From Candidatus Eiseniibacteriota bacterium (GTDB lineage: Bacteria; Orphanbacterota; Orphanbacteria; Orphanbacterales; Orphanbacteraceae), in assembly GCA_016867715.1 (NCBI GenBank), contig VGIW01000001.1, positions 14,141-78,140 on the forward strand: 64,000 nt of DNA, read 5' to 3'. The position numbers and the translations under genes were made by a program. The notes under the pieces were generated by a model. It was not told where the DNA came from and did no database searches. It saw only the letters and a list, made by a program, of their open reading frames with translations. Each line of letters starts with the position of its first letter. Within the stretch, counting starts at the first letter, position 1. This document shows positions 50,478 through 61,100 of the stretch, one piece after another.

Positions 50478-50538
50478 TGCCGTTCGGAGCGGCCGCTCCC
50501 CGGTTGCTCCATAGTTCAAGCATCGGGCGAGGGCGCGC

Positions 50539-51363
50539 TTGGGAGAGATCTTCGCGGACCTGCATCTTCATTCCGACTTCTCCGACGGGCTCGTCCCTCC
50601 CCCCGAGCTGCTCATACGGGCCGGATACGCCGGGCTCTCGGTCATCGCCCTGACCGACCACGACACCCTCGACGGAATCGAGCCGATGATCGCCGCCTCG
50701 CGGAAAGGCGCTCCGGAGGTGGTCCCCGGCCTCGAGCTCTCGTGCACGGAGGGGAACGACGAGGTCCACATCCTCGGCTACTGGGTCGATCCGGACCACC
50801 GGAGGCTTCGCGCCGAGCTCGCGCGGATGCGCGAAAAGCGAATCCGCCGCGCCGAGACGATCATTGACCGGCTCCGGACCTATCAAATAGATTTGGACCT
50901 CGAAGACGTGATGGGGCTCACGCGGAACGGGCTCGTCGGGAGGCCGCACATCGCCGAGGCGTTGGTGCGGGGCGGATGGGCCCCGGACACGGAGAGCGTC
51001 TATCGCAAGTACATCGGGGACGGCAAGCCGGCGGCGGTGCCGAAGCGCTTCCTGACCCCTCTCGACGGGATCGATCTCATTCGGGAGGCGGGGGGAATCG
51101 CGTCGGTCGCGCACCCCGGCGTCAGTCGCGTGGAGGATCTGCTCCCGGAGCTGGCGGGAGAGGGCCTGGCCGCGTTGGAGGTGTGGCATCCGAAGCACTC
51201 GCAACGGGACATCGAGCGTTTCCAGACCGTCAGCCGGCGGCTGGGACTCGTTCCGACCGGCGGCTCGGACTACCACGGTTTCGAGTTCGGGGCGACCATC
51301 CTCGGCCACTACGGGCTCACCGAAGAGCGCTTCCTTCGCCTCCGCCTCGCGGTCGGCCGTTAG
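50539..51363 (+). CDS. PHP-domain phosphoesterase (TrpH/YciV-like)
   Basis: TTG start. ...ADLHLHSDFSDGLVPPPELLIRAGYAGLSVIALTDHDTLDG...VAHPG...GGSDYHG. Confidence 0.7.
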   Translation: MGEIFADLHLHSDFSDGLVPPPELLIRAGYAGLSVIALTDHDTLDGIEPMIAASRKGAPEVVPGLELSCTEGNDEVHILGYWVDPDHRRLRAELARMREKRIRRAETIIDRLRTYQIDLDLEDVMGLTRNGLVGRPHIAEALVRGGWAPDTESVYRKYIGDGKPAAVPKRFLTPLDGIDLIREAGGIASVAHPGVSRVEDLLPELAGEGLAALEVWHPKHSQRDIERFQTVSRRLGLVPTGGSDYHGFEFGATILGHYGLTEERFLRLRLAVGR

Positions 51364-51379
51364 CATCTCGTTCATCCTC

Positions 51380-53269
51380 GTGCTCCTGCTTCCGATCGTT
51401 GCTACCTTTCCGAGCTTCGCGTACGCGGACGAGGAAACGCCGCCGCCGAAGAAGGGCGCGGCTCTTCCGATGGCGCCGGGGCCCGCCTCTCCTGCGGCCC
51501 CGGACTCGATCGAGGACGCGGCTCCGCCCCCGGAGGAGAAGCCGGCCGCCCCCTCGAGACCGCCCGTCCCCGTCGACTCGCTCCTCCGCGGCGTCTCCCC
51601 TCGGCTCGACTCGTTCTCCGCATGGACGCTCCGCGCCGCCGATCTCTCGTTTTACGCTCCCCGCTCGTTCGCGGACGCCGCCGCCGCGCGACCGGTCGCG
51701 CGCGCCGACCGCTTCGGTCCGCCGGCCTACTTCGAGACGATCCGCGTCGGCGGGACCGGGGCGCCGCTCGTTCTGGTCGACGGGATCCTCTGGCCGCGCG
51801 AGGCGGGCGGGCTTCCGAACGCCGGAGCGCTCCCGCGCCAGGGGATCGGAACGTTCGCGCTCGCGGGGCCGCGCCTTCTCCCCGAGCTCGCCCTTGCGGC
51901 TCCCGGAGGCGCGATCCTCCTCGACGAAGAGCCGTGGCTGGGGGGACCCCCGAGGAGCGTGGTCGCCGCCGATCGCGGGGCGGACGGCTTTCGGGATTAT
52001 CGCTTCGGCCTTGTCCGGGACGTGACGAGTCGGCTCGCCCTCCGGTTCGACGGGCAGTTCCGCAAGGCGGATGCGTTCACCGTGGACAGCCAGCGCGCGT
52101 TCTCCAGCGGCATCGCCGCCGAGGCGCGCCTGGGGCCCTCGCTCCTTCTCCGCGCGCGGCTCCGCCGCCACGACGGCGAGGAGGTTCTTCTCGACCGAGA
52201 TCTCCGGCAGCGGTTCTCGCATCGTGCGAGCGACGAGCGAGAGGTTCTCGCGATCGAGCTTCTCGCTCCCGGAATGAATGGACAAGCCTACCGGACGTCG
52301 ATACACTCCCGCGCGGATGCGGCGGACGCCGCGTACGCGTCGACATCGGTCGTCGACGAGCGGAGCGGCCTTCGTCTCTCGCGGGCATTCCGCGCGCGGG
52401 GCGCGGGGATCGCGGTCGCCCTCCGCGGCGAGAAGCGCGAGGCGGAAGCGGACGGATCGCGACGGGAGAGCGCCCGAGGGGCGGTGTCCGCGGGGGGCTC
52501 GTTCGCCCCGGTCCCTTGGGGCGACGCATCGGTCGCGCTTCTCGGCGGCGCGGAGAAGGGGGAGAGAGGGAGCCTCGCCGCGGAGGTCTCATTCGCGTGG
52601 AGCGGGGTCCTTCCGGGGTTCTTCCGCGCGGGGCGTTTCCGCGAGGAACGCGCGGTGCGGCGATGGATCGCGGACGATGCCGATCCCGGGGTCGTCCGCT
52701 CCGCCGAGGCGGGAATCGGCTTTGGGTTCCTTCCTCTTCGCCCGAAGGTTCGATGGTTTCGACGTGAAGGAAATGGCGTCGACCATCTCCTCTCCGTCGA
52801 CGCCCACTTGGAGAGCTTCATGCGGATCGACGAGAGGACGGACGGCGTGGAGGCCTCCTTCGAGGGGAGGGCCGGCGCGGTCGAGTGGGAGGGATCGTAC
52901 GCGTGGATCCGCGCGCGGGAGAAAGGGAAGCCCGATCCCTTGCCGTACCACTCCGATCATCTGGCGCGCGGGCGGGTCTCCTACGAGCGCTCGATTCCCC
53001 GGTTCCCCGCCGTGCCGCGCATGGACCTCCTCGGCGAGTGGCGATCCGACCGGCGCGCGCCGGGTCGGTCCGCGCCGATGGAGGACTACTTCACTCTCCG
53101 CGGGCGGGTCACGCTGAACGTGCGGGGGACCGATCTCTTCGCAGAGATGGAGCAGGTGCTCGGGCATCAAGTCGAGTACATCGACGGCCCGCTGGAGGGG
53201 ACCGACGGCGTCCTTTCTGGCAGCCGTCAGATCTACCTTGGGCTCGTGTGGGCCTTCACGGACGGGTAA
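51380..53269 (+). CDS. TonB-dependent-receptor-like outer-membrane protein with Pro-rich N-terminal extension
   Basis: Signal-like N-terminus, then a Pro/Ala-rich linker (PPPKKGAALPMAPGPASPAAP...PPPEEKPAAPSRPP). A plug-like segment ETIRVGGTGAPLVLVDGILWPRE follows. The GTG start is uncertain. Confidence 0.45.
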   Translation: MLLLPIVATFPSFAYADEETPPPKKGAALPMAPGPASPAAPDSIEDAAPPPEEKPAAPSRPPVPVDSLLRGVSPRLDSFSAWTLRAADLSFYAPRSFADAAAARPVARADRFGPPAYFETIRVGGTGAPLVLVDGILWPREAGGLPNAGALPRQGIGTFALAGPRLLPELALAAPGGAILLDEEPWLGGPPRSVVAADRGADGFRDYRFGLVRDVTSRLALRFDGQFRKADAFTVDSQRAFSSGIAAEARLGPSLLLRARLRRHDGEEVLLDRDLRQRFSHRASDEREVLAIELLAPGMNGQAYRTSIHSRADAADAAYASTSVVDERSGLRLSRAFRARGAGIAVALRGEKREAEADGSRRESARGAVSAGGSFAPVPWGDASVALLGGAEKGERGSLAAEVSFAWSGVLPGFFRAGRFREERAVRRWIADDADPGVVRSAEAGIGFGFLPLRPKVRWFRREGNGVDHLLSVDAHLESFMRIDERTDGVEASFEGRAGAVEWEGSYAWIRAREKGKPDPLPYHSDHLARGRVSYERSIPRFPAVPRMDLLGEWRSDRRAPGRSAPMEDYFTLRGRVTLNVRGTDLFAEMEQVLGHQVEYIDGPLEGTDGVLSGSRQIYLGLVWAFTDG

Positions 53270-53270
53270 G

Positions 53271-53834
53271 ATGGATACTTTTCGAACCCTCGGCGTCATC
53301 GACATCCTGATCGCTATCCTTCTCCTGCTTTTCCTGATCCACGGTTTCCGGCGCGGGTTTCTCCGCTCGCTCTTCGGGCTTCTCGCCATCGGCGCCGGCT
53401 GGATCATCGCCTCGCGCTTCCACCTCGCGCTCGCGATGCGCTGGAGCACGTCGCGTCCGGAGGCGGAGATCGCGCTTCGTCTCGGCGTGTTTCTCCTTCT
53501 CTTCGTCATCACCGCCCTCGCCGTGCGGCTCGTCGGTCTGGCGATCACGGGCGTCATCTCGGGAACCCCGCTCTCCCTGATCGACCGGCTGCTCGGAGGG
53601 GTCTGCGGCGTCGGGATCGGCGCGGTCTTTCTCGGCGCCCTCTTTCTCGTCGCGACGATCTACTTCCCCGGAGGCGCGCGCGTCCTTGCGGGCTCCAAGT
53701 TCCACCAACCGCTCATCGAGGTGGTCCGCGTCCTGTCGAACACGATGCCGCGGGAGATGAAGGACCGCCTCCATCGCTTCGAACCGAGAAGGATTCCGTC
53801 GTCCGCGGCGGACAAGACCGAACAAGATGCTTGA
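53271..53834 (+). CDS. cvpA: CvpA-family membrane protein (colicin V production protein-like)
   Basis: MDTFRTLGVIDILIAILLLLFLIHGFRRGFLRSLFGLLAIGAGWIIA..., a typical CvpA N-terminus with four TM helices. Confidence 0.75.
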   Translation: MDTFRTLGVIDILIAILLLLFLIHGFRRGFLRSLFGLLAIGAGWIIASRFHLALAMRWSTSRPEAEIALRLGVFLLLFVITALAVRLVGLAITGVISGTPLSLIDRLLGGVCGVGIGAVFLGALFLVATIYFPGGARVLAGSKFHQPLIEVVRVLSNTMPREMKDRLHRFEPRRIPSSAADKTEQDA

Positions 53835-53870
53835 ACCGATCGTGAATCGCTCCGGGCAAAAGGGGATCGC

Positions 53871-55247
53871 ATGAATCCGGAGATCTTTCGCGAGTACGAC
53901 ATTCGGGGGGTGGTCGAGAAGGACCTTCCGCCGGAACATGTCCGGCGGATCGCCCGCGGGATCGGGACCTACGTGAAGCGCCGCCACGAGGGAGAGGTGG
54001 TGGTCGGGCGCGACGTCCGCCTCAGCTCGGAATCCCTCTGCGCGCAGGTGATCGAGGGCCTGAACGCGTGCGGGCTCGATTGCGTCGACATCGGCATGGT
54101 CCCCACGCCGCTCCTCTACTACGCGGCGACGCGCGGCGGAGAGGATTCGTTCGCGGCCGGCCTCATGATTACGGGGAGCCACAACCCGCCCGAGTTCAAC
54201 GGTTTCAAGATCTGTCACGGGACGACGCCGATCTTCGGGCCGGACATCCAGGTGATCCGCGCGCTCGTGGAGAAGGGGGAGTTCGAGAAGGGGAGCGGCA
54301 CGGTTCGCCGGATGGACGTGCGCGAGGACTACATCGAGGAGATCGTGCGCGGCATCCGGATCCCGCGCAAGGTCCGCCTCGTCGTCGATTCGGGCAACGG
54401 GACCGGGGGGCCGATCGCCGTCCCGATCTTCCGCAAGCTCGGCTGCGAGGTGATCTCCCTCTTCGAGGAGCCGGACGGCCGCTTCCCGAATCATCACCCC
54501 GACCCGACCGTTCCGAAATACATCCAGACGCTGATCCGGACGGTCCGCGAGAGCGGGAGCGAGCTCGGCGTCGGTTACGACGGTGATTCGGACCGGATCG
54601 GGGCGGTCGACGAGAAGGGAGAGATCCTCTTCGGCGACACGCTGACCGGCATCTTCGCACGCTCGGTTCTTCGATCGAACCCGGGCGCGACGATTGTTTT
54701 TGACGTCAAGTGTTCGAAGGGTCTCGTCGAGGCGATCGAGGAGGCGGGCGGAAGGCCGCTCATGTGGAAGACGGGCCATTCGCACCTCAAGCGGAAGATG
54801 AAGGAGGAGCGCGGTCCCTTCGCGGGGGAGATGAGCGGCCACGTCTTCTTCGCCGACCGCTACTACGGCTACGACGACGCGATCTACGCCTCCTGCCGCC
54901 TCGTCGAAATCGTCGCGAACGAAGGGCGGCCGCTCTCCGCGATCGCGGCCGAAATCCCGCGCTACTTCTCGACCCCCGAGATCCGAATCGACTGCCCGGA
55001 CGCGGTGAAGTTCCAGGTCGTCGAGAAGGTGCGGGACCGTTTCCGCGCGACGCACGAGGTGATCGACATCGACGGGGCGCGGATCGACTTCGGGGATGGG
55101 TGGGGGCTTCTTCGCGCCTCGAACACGCAGCCGGTTCTCGTTCTTCGGTTCGAGGCGAAGAGCGCCGATGCGCTCGCGAGGATCCGCCGAACGGTCGGGG
55201 ATGCGCTTCGCGGGCACGTTTCCGTTCCGGACGAGGTGTTCGCCTGA
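53871..55247 (+). CDS. manB: Phosphomannomutase/phosphoglucomutase
   Basis: MNPEIFREYDIRGVVEKDL... Active-site TGSHNPPEFNGFK. Mg site GYDGDSDR. Sugar-binding GEMSGH. Confidence 0.9.
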   Translation: MNPEIFREYDIRGVVEKDLPPEHVRRIARGIGTYVKRRHEGEVVVGRDVRLSSESLCAQVIEGLNACGLDCVDIGMVPTPLLYYAATRGGEDSFAAGLMITGSHNPPEFNGFKICHGTTPIFGPDIQVIRALVEKGEFEKGSGTVRRMDVREDYIEEIVRGIRIPRKVRLVVDSGNGTGGPIAVPIFRKLGCEVISLFEEPDGRFPNHHPDPTVPKYIQTLIRTVRESGSELGVGYDGDSDRIGAVDEKGEILFGDTLTGIFARSVLRSNPGATIVFDVKCSKGLVEAIEEAGGRPLMWKTGHSHLKRKMKEERGPFAGEMSGHVFFADRYYGYDDAIYASCRLVEIVANEGRPLSAIAAEIPRYFSTPEIRIDCPDAVKFQVVEKVRDRFRATHEVIDIDGARIDFGDGWGLLRASNTQPVLVLRFEAKSADALARIRRTVGDALRGHVSVPDEVFA

Positions 55248-55248
55248 G

Positions 55249-56319
55249 ATGATCGCCGTGATTCTCGCGGGGGGGAGCGGCACGCGCTTCTGGCCGGTCT
55301 CCCGCGCGTCGGAGCCGAAGCAGTTCCTCCCCCTTCTCGGCGGCCGCTCGCTTCTCGCCGAGACGGTCGCCCGCGTTCTCCCCCTCGTTCCGGCGGAGAG
55401 GATCTTCGTGGTGACGGGAGGGTCGTTCACGGAGCGGGCGAGGCGCGAGGCGCCGATGCTCCCCGCGGAGAACGTGATCGGAGAGCCGACGGGAAGGAAC
55501 ACGGCGCCGGCGATCGTTCTGGCGGTCGCGCGCGCCGATCGGGGAGGCGGCTCAGACGAGGTGATGGTTGTCCTTCCCGCCGACCACGCGATCGGAGACG
55601 TCCCCCTCTTTCACGAGACGCTCCGCGCGGGCGAGGAGTTCTGCCGAACCGAGAAGGCGCTTCTCACGCTGGGGATTCGGCCGGCGCGCCCAGAAACCGG
55701 CTACGGATATCTCGAGATCGGCGAGCGGCGCGCCGTCCGGCGCGGCCGCGCGGTGCACGAGGTGGCGCGCTTCGTGGAGAAGCCAAACCGCGAGACGGCG
55801 GAGAGGTTCTTCGCGTCGGGACGGCATCTCTGGAACAGCGGGATATTCCTCTGGCGGATGGACGCGATCGAGGAGGCCCTTCTCCGGCACGTTCAGGGAG
55901 CGCGGGCCGCGATCGCGGCGTTTCGCGCGGCCTCCGCCGAGGATCTCTACCCGGTTCTCGAGGAGACATACCCGAAGCTCCCCGCGCTCTCGATCGACTA
56001 CGCGGTGATGGAGAAGGCTTCGAACATCGCCGCGATCGGCGCCGATTTCGCGTGGAACGACGTCGGGAGCTGGAGCGCGCTCGGCGATCTCCTTCCGCGC
56101 GACGCGGAGGGGAACGAGGTCGACGGGCGGCACGTCGGCCTCGACACGCGCGGCTCGGTCATCCGCTCGGGAGGACGTCTGATCGCGACGATCGGGCTCG
56201 ACGGGGTTGTCGTCGTCGAGACCGACCGCGCGGTTCTGGTCTGTCCGAGAGAGCGCGCGCAGGACGTGCGGGCCCTCGTGGAGAAGCTCCGCGCGCTCGG
56301 CCTCGAAGACGAGCTCTGA
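55249..56319 (+). CDS. manC: Mannose-1-phosphate guanylyltransferase
   Basis: MIAVILAGGSGTRFWPVSRASEPKQFLPL...VLPADHAI...GYGYLEIG... It has no C-terminal PMI domain. Confidence 0.85.
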   Translation: MIAVILAGGSGTRFWPVSRASEPKQFLPLLGGRSLLAETVARVLPLVPAERIFVVTGGSFTERARREAPMLPAENVIGEPTGRNTAPAIVLAVARADRGGGSDEVMVVLPADHAIGDVPLFHETLRAGEEFCRTEKALLTLGIRPARPETGYGYLEIGERRAVRRGRAVHEVARFVEKPNRETAERFFASGRHLWNSGIFLWRMDAIEEALLRHVQGARAAIAAFRAASAEDLYPVLEETYPKLPALSIDYAVMEKASNIAAIGADFAWNDVGSWSALGDLLPRDAEGNEVDGRHVGLDTRGSVIRSGGRLIATIGLDGVVVVETDRAVLVCPRERAQDVRALVEKLRALGLEDEL

Positions 56320-56560
56320 TCGGTACGAACGGGTAGGGCGCGGCCTCGGTCCGTTTCTTCCCCGGGACTCCCAAGCGTTCCCACGGAACGTTTCCCCCAT
56401 TCTCCCCGATTCTCTGTAAGCGGGAACAAATCCGTCTAAATCGTTGTGAAACATAAGATTCCGCCGTCTGGACCTGTTCAGAAACTCCTCCAACTGCCGA
56501 TTCGTGGGAAGGCAGGATCAGCTTAGGGGGCGTCTCTTCCGGACGGCCGGGAGGGATGCC

Positions 56561-57169
56561 ATGACGGAAGAAGAACGCCGATTGGCGATCGCGGTTGCCG
56601 TTCTTGTTCTCTTCGGCAGCGCGGTCCGATGGTTCGAACTACGGGGGCAGGAGCCTCCACCGGCGACGGAAAGCGGTCGCACGGTCGAGAGCGCGCCGCG
56701 CGCGGAGAACGTGGAGGAAGCGGAAGGGGAGCCGCTCGAGGAGGCGCCGGCCTCGGATCCGAGCCCTGCGATGGTCGAGGCGCTGCGCGCGCGGGTCGAT
56801 TTGAACCGAGACGGCGCCCCCGCGCTGGAGACGCTCCCCGGGATCGGTCCGAAGAAGGCGCGCCTCATCGTCGAGTGGCGCGAGGCGCACGGGCCGTTCC
56901 GATCGCTCGGCGACCTGGACCGGGTGCCCGGAATCGGGCGGAAGACGATCGAGAGGATCGCGCCGCTCGTGACAATCGAGGATCGAACGGCCGGAAGCGA
57001 GGGTGGAAGCGCTTCGGGCGGTCGGGAGGCGGATGCCGGCCGGGAAACGAGCGGAAAGGACGATGGGCTTGGATCTCGCGGATCTTCTTCTTCGCTCGGA
57101 GCGTCTCACTCCGGAGCAATTCCAGAAGCTCCGGAAGCAGAGGGAGTCCTCGGGCGATCCGACGGATAG
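56561..57169 (+). CDS. comEA: ComEA-type helix-hairpin-helix DNA-binding competence protein
   Basis: The ATG at 56561 has RBS GGGAGGG. N-terminal TM helix. Two HhH motifs. Low-complexity Gly/Ser tail. The upstream in-frame ATG at 56504 is an alternative start. Confidence 0.7.
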   Translation: MTEEERRLAIAVAVLVLFGSAVRWFELRGQEPPPATESGRTVESAPRAENVEEAEGEPLEEAPASDPSPAMVEALRARVDLNRDGAPALETLPGIGPKKARLIVEWREAHGPFRSLGDLDRVPGIGRKTIERIAPLVTIEDRTAGSEGGSASGGREADAGRETSGKDDGLGSRGSSSSLGASHSGAIPEAPEAEGVLGRSDG

Positions 57170-58757
57170 CTGCCTGGTCAAGCTGGGGCTCTTGTCCGAG
57201 CAGGACCTCCTCGATTTCCTCAGCGCGCAGTTCAAGCTGCCGCCCGCGGACCTTCGCGCGCTCGAGGCGGACCGGGCGGTCCTCGACCTCGTTCCGCACG
57301 AGATCTGCTCCCGTTTCAACGTGATCCCGATTCGGAGGCAAGGCCGGACCCTCCAGCTCGCGATGGCCGACCCGACGAACATCTACGCGGTGGAGGACAT
57401 CAAGTTCCTCACCGGGCTCGAGATCCAGCCGGTGGTGGCGGTCGAATCGAAGATCCGCGAGGCGATCGGAGCGTACTACGACAACTCGTCCGAAGCGCTC
57501 GAGAACCTCATGAAGGACTTCGAGGAGGAGGACGTCGAGGTCCTCGACTCGCAGGTCGAGCCGGACGCTGGGGTCTCCGTCGATGAGGCCTCCGACGCGC
57601 CCGTGGTCAAGCTCGTCAACTCGATGATCGCCGAGGCGGTTCACCGGAGAGCGAGCGACATCCACATCGAGCCGTTCGAGAAGCAGCTCCGTGTCCGTTT
57701 CCGGATCGACGGGACCCTCTACACCGTGATGGGCCCGCCCATCCGGATGAAGAACGCGATCGCTTCACGCGTGAAGATCATGGCCTCTCTCGACATCGCC
57801 GAGAAGAGGACGCCGCAGGACGGCAACATCAAGATCCGCCTGCACGACAAGACGGTCGATCTTCGCGTGTCGACCCTTCCGACGGTTTTCGGGGAAAAGG
57901 TGGTGATGCGCGTTCTCGACCAGTCGAACCTGAGCGTCGATCTCTCGAAGCTCGGATTCGAGGAGCTCGCGCGGCGGAACTTCGAGCGCGCGATCCGGTC
58001 GCCGTGGGGAATGGTCCTCGTGACCGGGCCGACCGGGAGCGGGAAGACGACAACCCTCTACTCGGCCCTCTCGACGGTGAACACGCCGGACACGAACATC
58101 CTGACCGCCGAGGACCCGGTCGAGTACAACCTCGAAGGGATCAATCAGGTGGGGATCAACGAGGCGGCCGGCCTCACGTTCGCCTCGGCGCTCCGCTCGT
58201 TTCTCCGGCAGGACCCGAACATCATCATGGTCGGCGAGATCCGCGACCTCGAGACGGCCGGCATCGCGGTGAAGGCGGCGCTCACCGGGCACCTCGTGCT
58301 CTCGACGCTGCACACGAACGACGCGCCGAGCACGATCAATCGTCTCATCGACATGGGGGTGGAGCCCTTCCTGGTTTCGTCCTCCGTGCGGCTCATTCTC
58401 GCCCAGCGTCTCATCCGCCGAACGTGCGCGCGGTGCGCCGAGGAGATCGAGCCGCACCCGGAGGCGCTCGCCGAGCTCGGCGTCACGGAAGCGTGGGCTT
58501 CGAAGATCTCCTTCAAGAAGGGGAAAGGGTGCGACGCCTGCAACGGGTCGGGGTATTCGGGAAGGCAGGGGCTCTTCGAGGTGATGCCGATCACGCCCGC
58601 GGTCTCGCGGATGATCCTGGATCGCCGTTCGGCGGACGAGATTCGGGACCGGGCGGTGGAGGAAGGGATGCTCACGCTTCGCCAGGACGGCATCCGCAAG
58701 ATCGAAAAGGGAATCACGACGATCGAGGAAGTTCTCCGGGAGACGTCCGCGGCTTGA
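57063..58757 (+). CDS. pilB: Type IV pilus assembly ATPase PilB (GspE family)
   Basis: N-terminal GspE-N domains. Walker [10 protein letters not shown]. Asp box, His box and tetracysteine CARC...CDAC. It overlaps the comEA tail by ~107 nt in another frame. Confidence 0.9.
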   Translation: MGLDLADLLLRSERLTPEQFQKLRKQRESSGDPTDSCLVKLGLLSEQDLLDFLSAQFKLPPADLRALEADRAVLDLVPHEICSRFNVIPIRRQGRTLQLAMADPTNIYAVEDIKFLTGLEIQPVVAVESKIREAIGAYYDNSSEALENLMKDFEEEDVEVLDSQVEPDAGVSVDEASDAPVVKLVNSMIAEAVHRRASDIHIEPFEKQLRVRFRIDGTLYTVMGPPIRMKNAIASRVKIMASLDIAEKRTPQDGNIKIRLHDKTVDLRVSTLPTVFGEKVVMRVLDQSNLSVDLSKLGFEELARRNFERAIRSPWGMVLVTGPTGSGKTTTLYSALSTVNTPDTNILTAEDPVEYNLEGINQVGINEAAGLTFASALRSFLRQDPNIIMVGEIRDLETAGIAVKAALTGHLVLSTLHTNDAPSTINRLIDMGVEPFLVSSSVRLILAQRLIRRTCARCAEEIEPHPEALAELGVTEAWASKISFKKGKGCDACNGSGYSGRQGLFEVMPITPAVSRMILDRRSADEIRDRAVEEGMLTLRQDGIRKIEKGITTIEEVLRETSAA

Positions 58758-58774
58758 CCTCGAAAGGAGCGCGC

Positions 58775-59863
58775 ATGCCGTCGCTTCGAGTGCTGTTGGA
58801 GGAGATGCTGGAAAGGAACGCGTCGGACATCCATCTTTCCGCCGGGCATCCGCCGCAGCTCCGCATCGACGGAGATCTGACGTCGAGCCGGACGGCGGAA
58901 CCGCTCGGCCCCGAGGCGGTTCTCCAGCTCGCGTACTCGATCCTCACTGAGGATCAGAGGAAGCGCTTCGAGAAGGACAAGGAGCTCGACCTCTCGTTCG
59001 GAATCCGGGGAGTCTCCCGCTTCCGCGCGAATGTTTATATGCAAAGAGGTTCGGTCTCCGTCGCGATCCGGCGCATTCCGTTCGAGATCCTCTCGTTCGA
59101 GGAGCTCGGGCTTCCGCCGATCGTGCAGGAGCTCGCCCAGAAGCCGAAGGGGCTCATTCTCGTGACCGGGCCGACCGGGTGCGGGAAGTCGACCACCCTC
59201 GCGTCGATCATCGACAAGATCAATGAGGAGCGCCGGTCGCACATCATCACGATCGAGGATCCCATCGAGTACGTGCACCGGAACAAGTCCTCGACGATCG
59301 ACCAGAGGGAGGTCGGCGCCGACACCGTCTCCTTCCACGCCGCCCTCAAGTACGTCCTCCGGCAAGATCCGGACGTGATCCTGATCGGCGAGATGCGCGA
59401 CCTCGAGACGATCCAAGCGGCGCTCACGATCGCGGAAACCGGCCATCTCGCGCTCGCGACGCTCCACACGAACTCGGCGGCGGAATCGATCAATCGAATC
59501 GTCGACGTCTTTCCGGCCGGCCAGAAGAACGAAGTCCAAGCCCAGCTCGCTTTCGTTTTGGAGGGAGTGATCTGCCAGCAGCTCGTCCCGCGGAGCTACG
59601 GCCCGGGCCGGGTTCTCATCGCGGAGGTTCTCGTCTGCACGCCGGCGATCCGCGCCGTCATCCGCGAAGGGAAGATTCATCAGGTCTACGGCATGATGCA
59701 GGCGAGCGCGAAGTTCGGGATGCAGACGATGAACCAGTCGCTCTTCCATGCGATCCGGCGGCGGATGCTCTCTCGGGAGGCCGCTCTCGAGCGGAGCCAG
59801 GATCCGCGCGAACTCGAGCAGATGCTCGGGCGAGCCGATGCGCCGGTCGCGTCCCGAGCGTAA
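58775..59863 (+). CDS. pilT: Twitching motility ATPase PilT
   Basis: MPSLRVLLEEMLERNASDIHL...GPTGCGKSTT...HLALATLHTNSAAESINRIVDVFP... RBS AAAGGAG. The M-prefixed ORF 58004-59863 is an artifactual extension. Confidence 0.9.
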   Translation: MPSLRVLLEEMLERNASDIHLSAGHPPQLRIDGDLTSSRTAEPLGPEAVLQLAYSILTEDQRKRFEKDKELDLSFGIRGVSRFRANVYMQRGSVSVAIRRIPFEILSFEELGLPPIVQELAQKPKGLILVTGPTGCGKSTTLASIIDKINEERRSHIITIEDPIEYVHRNKSSTIDQREVGADTVSFHAALKYVLRQDPDVILIGEMRDLETIQAALTIAETGHLALATLHTNSAAESINRIVDVFPAGQKNEVQAQLAFVLEGVICQQLVPRSYGPGRVLIAEVLVCTPAIRAVIREGKIHQVYGMMQASAKFGMQTMNQSLFHAIRRRMLSREAALERSQDPRELEQMLGRADAPVASRA

Positions 59864-59875
59864 GAAGGATTCCCC

Positions 59876-61087
59876 ATGACGGTAACCTATGCGTGGAAGG
59901 GGAAGACGGCGACGGGTGAGATCGTCTCGGGGGAGACCGCCGTCGAGAACCGGAAGGAGCTCGGGAACGTTCTCCGGAAGCGGCGGGTGATCGCGACCGA
60001 GGTGAAGGAGAAGAAGACGCGCGCGAAGGGGAAGAAGCGGGGATCGGTCAAGACGAACGACCTTGCGGTCTTCACGCGCCAATTCGCCACGATGATCAAC
60101 GCGGGCCTCCCGATCGTGCAGTGCCTCGACACGCTCGCGAAACAGGTCACAAAGGAGCGCTTCCGCGACGCGATCCAGCAGGTCACGAGGGACGTGGAAA
60201 CCGGCTCCACGCTCGCCGAGGGTCTCGCGAAGCACAAGTCGATCTTCCCCGACCTCTACATCGCGATGGTGGAGGCGGGCGAGTCGGGAGGCATCCTGGA
60301 CGAGATTCTCCAGAGGCTCTCGATTTTTCTCGAAAAGCTGGACGCGCTGAAGAGAAAAGTGAAGACCGCGATGATCTATCCGTCGGTGGTCCTCACCGTC
60401 GCCGTGCTCGCGACGGTCTTCATGCTGGTGTTCATCATCCCGACCTTCGCGAAGATGTTCAGCGATTTCGGCGGCACGCTTCCGCTTCCGACTCGGATCG
60501 TGATGGGGGCGAGCGGCTTCCTGCGAGGCCAGTGGTACCTCCTCGTGGCGGCACTCGCGGCGGGGATCTTTCTCTTCAACCGCTACCGAGCGACCGAGAA
60601 GGGGCGGCTTCGAATCGACACGATTCTTCTTCGGGTTCCGGCGATCGGCGACATTCTGCGCAAGGCGGCGGTCGCCCGCTTCACGCGGACTTTGGGGACG
60701 CTCATCGCGAGCGGCGTGCCGATTCTGGACGGTCTTGGCATCACCGCGCGGACGGCCGGGAACATGGTCGTTCACAATGCGATCATGCAGACCCGTGTCA
60801 GCATCCGCGAGGGACAAACGATCGCGGAACCTCTTCGCGTCTCGGGGGTCTTCCCGCCGATGGTGGTGCAGATGATCGCGATCGGCGAGGAGACGGGCGC
60901 TCTCGACGAAATGCTCGGCAAGATCGCCGACTTCTACGAGGCGGAGGTCGACGCGGCGGTCGAGGGGCTCACCTCGATCATCGAGCCGCTCATGATCGTT
61001 CTCATGGGAGGCATGGTGGGCGGGATGGTGGTCGCCATGTACCTTCCGATCTTCAAGATGGTCAACGTCATCATGGCGAACCAGTAG
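59876..61087 (+). CDS. pilC: Type IV pilus inner-membrane platform protein PilC (GspF family)
   Basis: MTVTYAWKGKTATGEIVSGE... Two T2SSF repeats and three TM segments. Confidence 0.88.
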   Translation: MTVTYAWKGKTATGEIVSGETAVENRKELGNVLRKRRVIATEVKEKKTRAKGKKRGSVKTNDLAVFTRQFATMINAGLPIVQCLDTLAKQVTKERFRDAIQQVTRDVETGSTLAEGLAKHKSIFPDLYIAMVEAGESGGILDEILQRLSIFLEKLDALKRKVKTAMIYPSVVLTVAVLATVFMLVFIIPTFAKMFSDFGGTLPLPTRIVMGASGFLRGQWYLLVAALAAGIFLFNRYRATEKGRLRIDTILLRVPAIGDILRKAAVARFTRTLGTLIASGVPILDGLGITARTAGNMVVHNAIMQTRVSIREGQTIAEPLRVSGVFPPMVVQMIAIGEETGALDEMLGKIADFYEAEVDAAVEGLTSIIEPLMIVLMGGMVGGMVVAMYLPIFKMVNVIMANQ

Positions 61088-61100
61088 GCGGGGGTCGGCC

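Noticed and set aside
50478-50538. Palindrome GGAGCGGCCGCTCC between the TPR and PHP genes
   Set aside because: It is a short GC palindrome with a 2-nt centre. It is too common at this GC content to call a feature.
53256-55502. 748-aa minus-strand ORF
   Set aside because: It is antisense to cvpA and manB.
56320-56560. Sigma-54 (-24 GG / -12 GC) promoter for the pil genes
   Set aside because: I scanned the AT-richer leader and found no TGGCAC-N5-TTGC-like element. I am therefore not reporting one.
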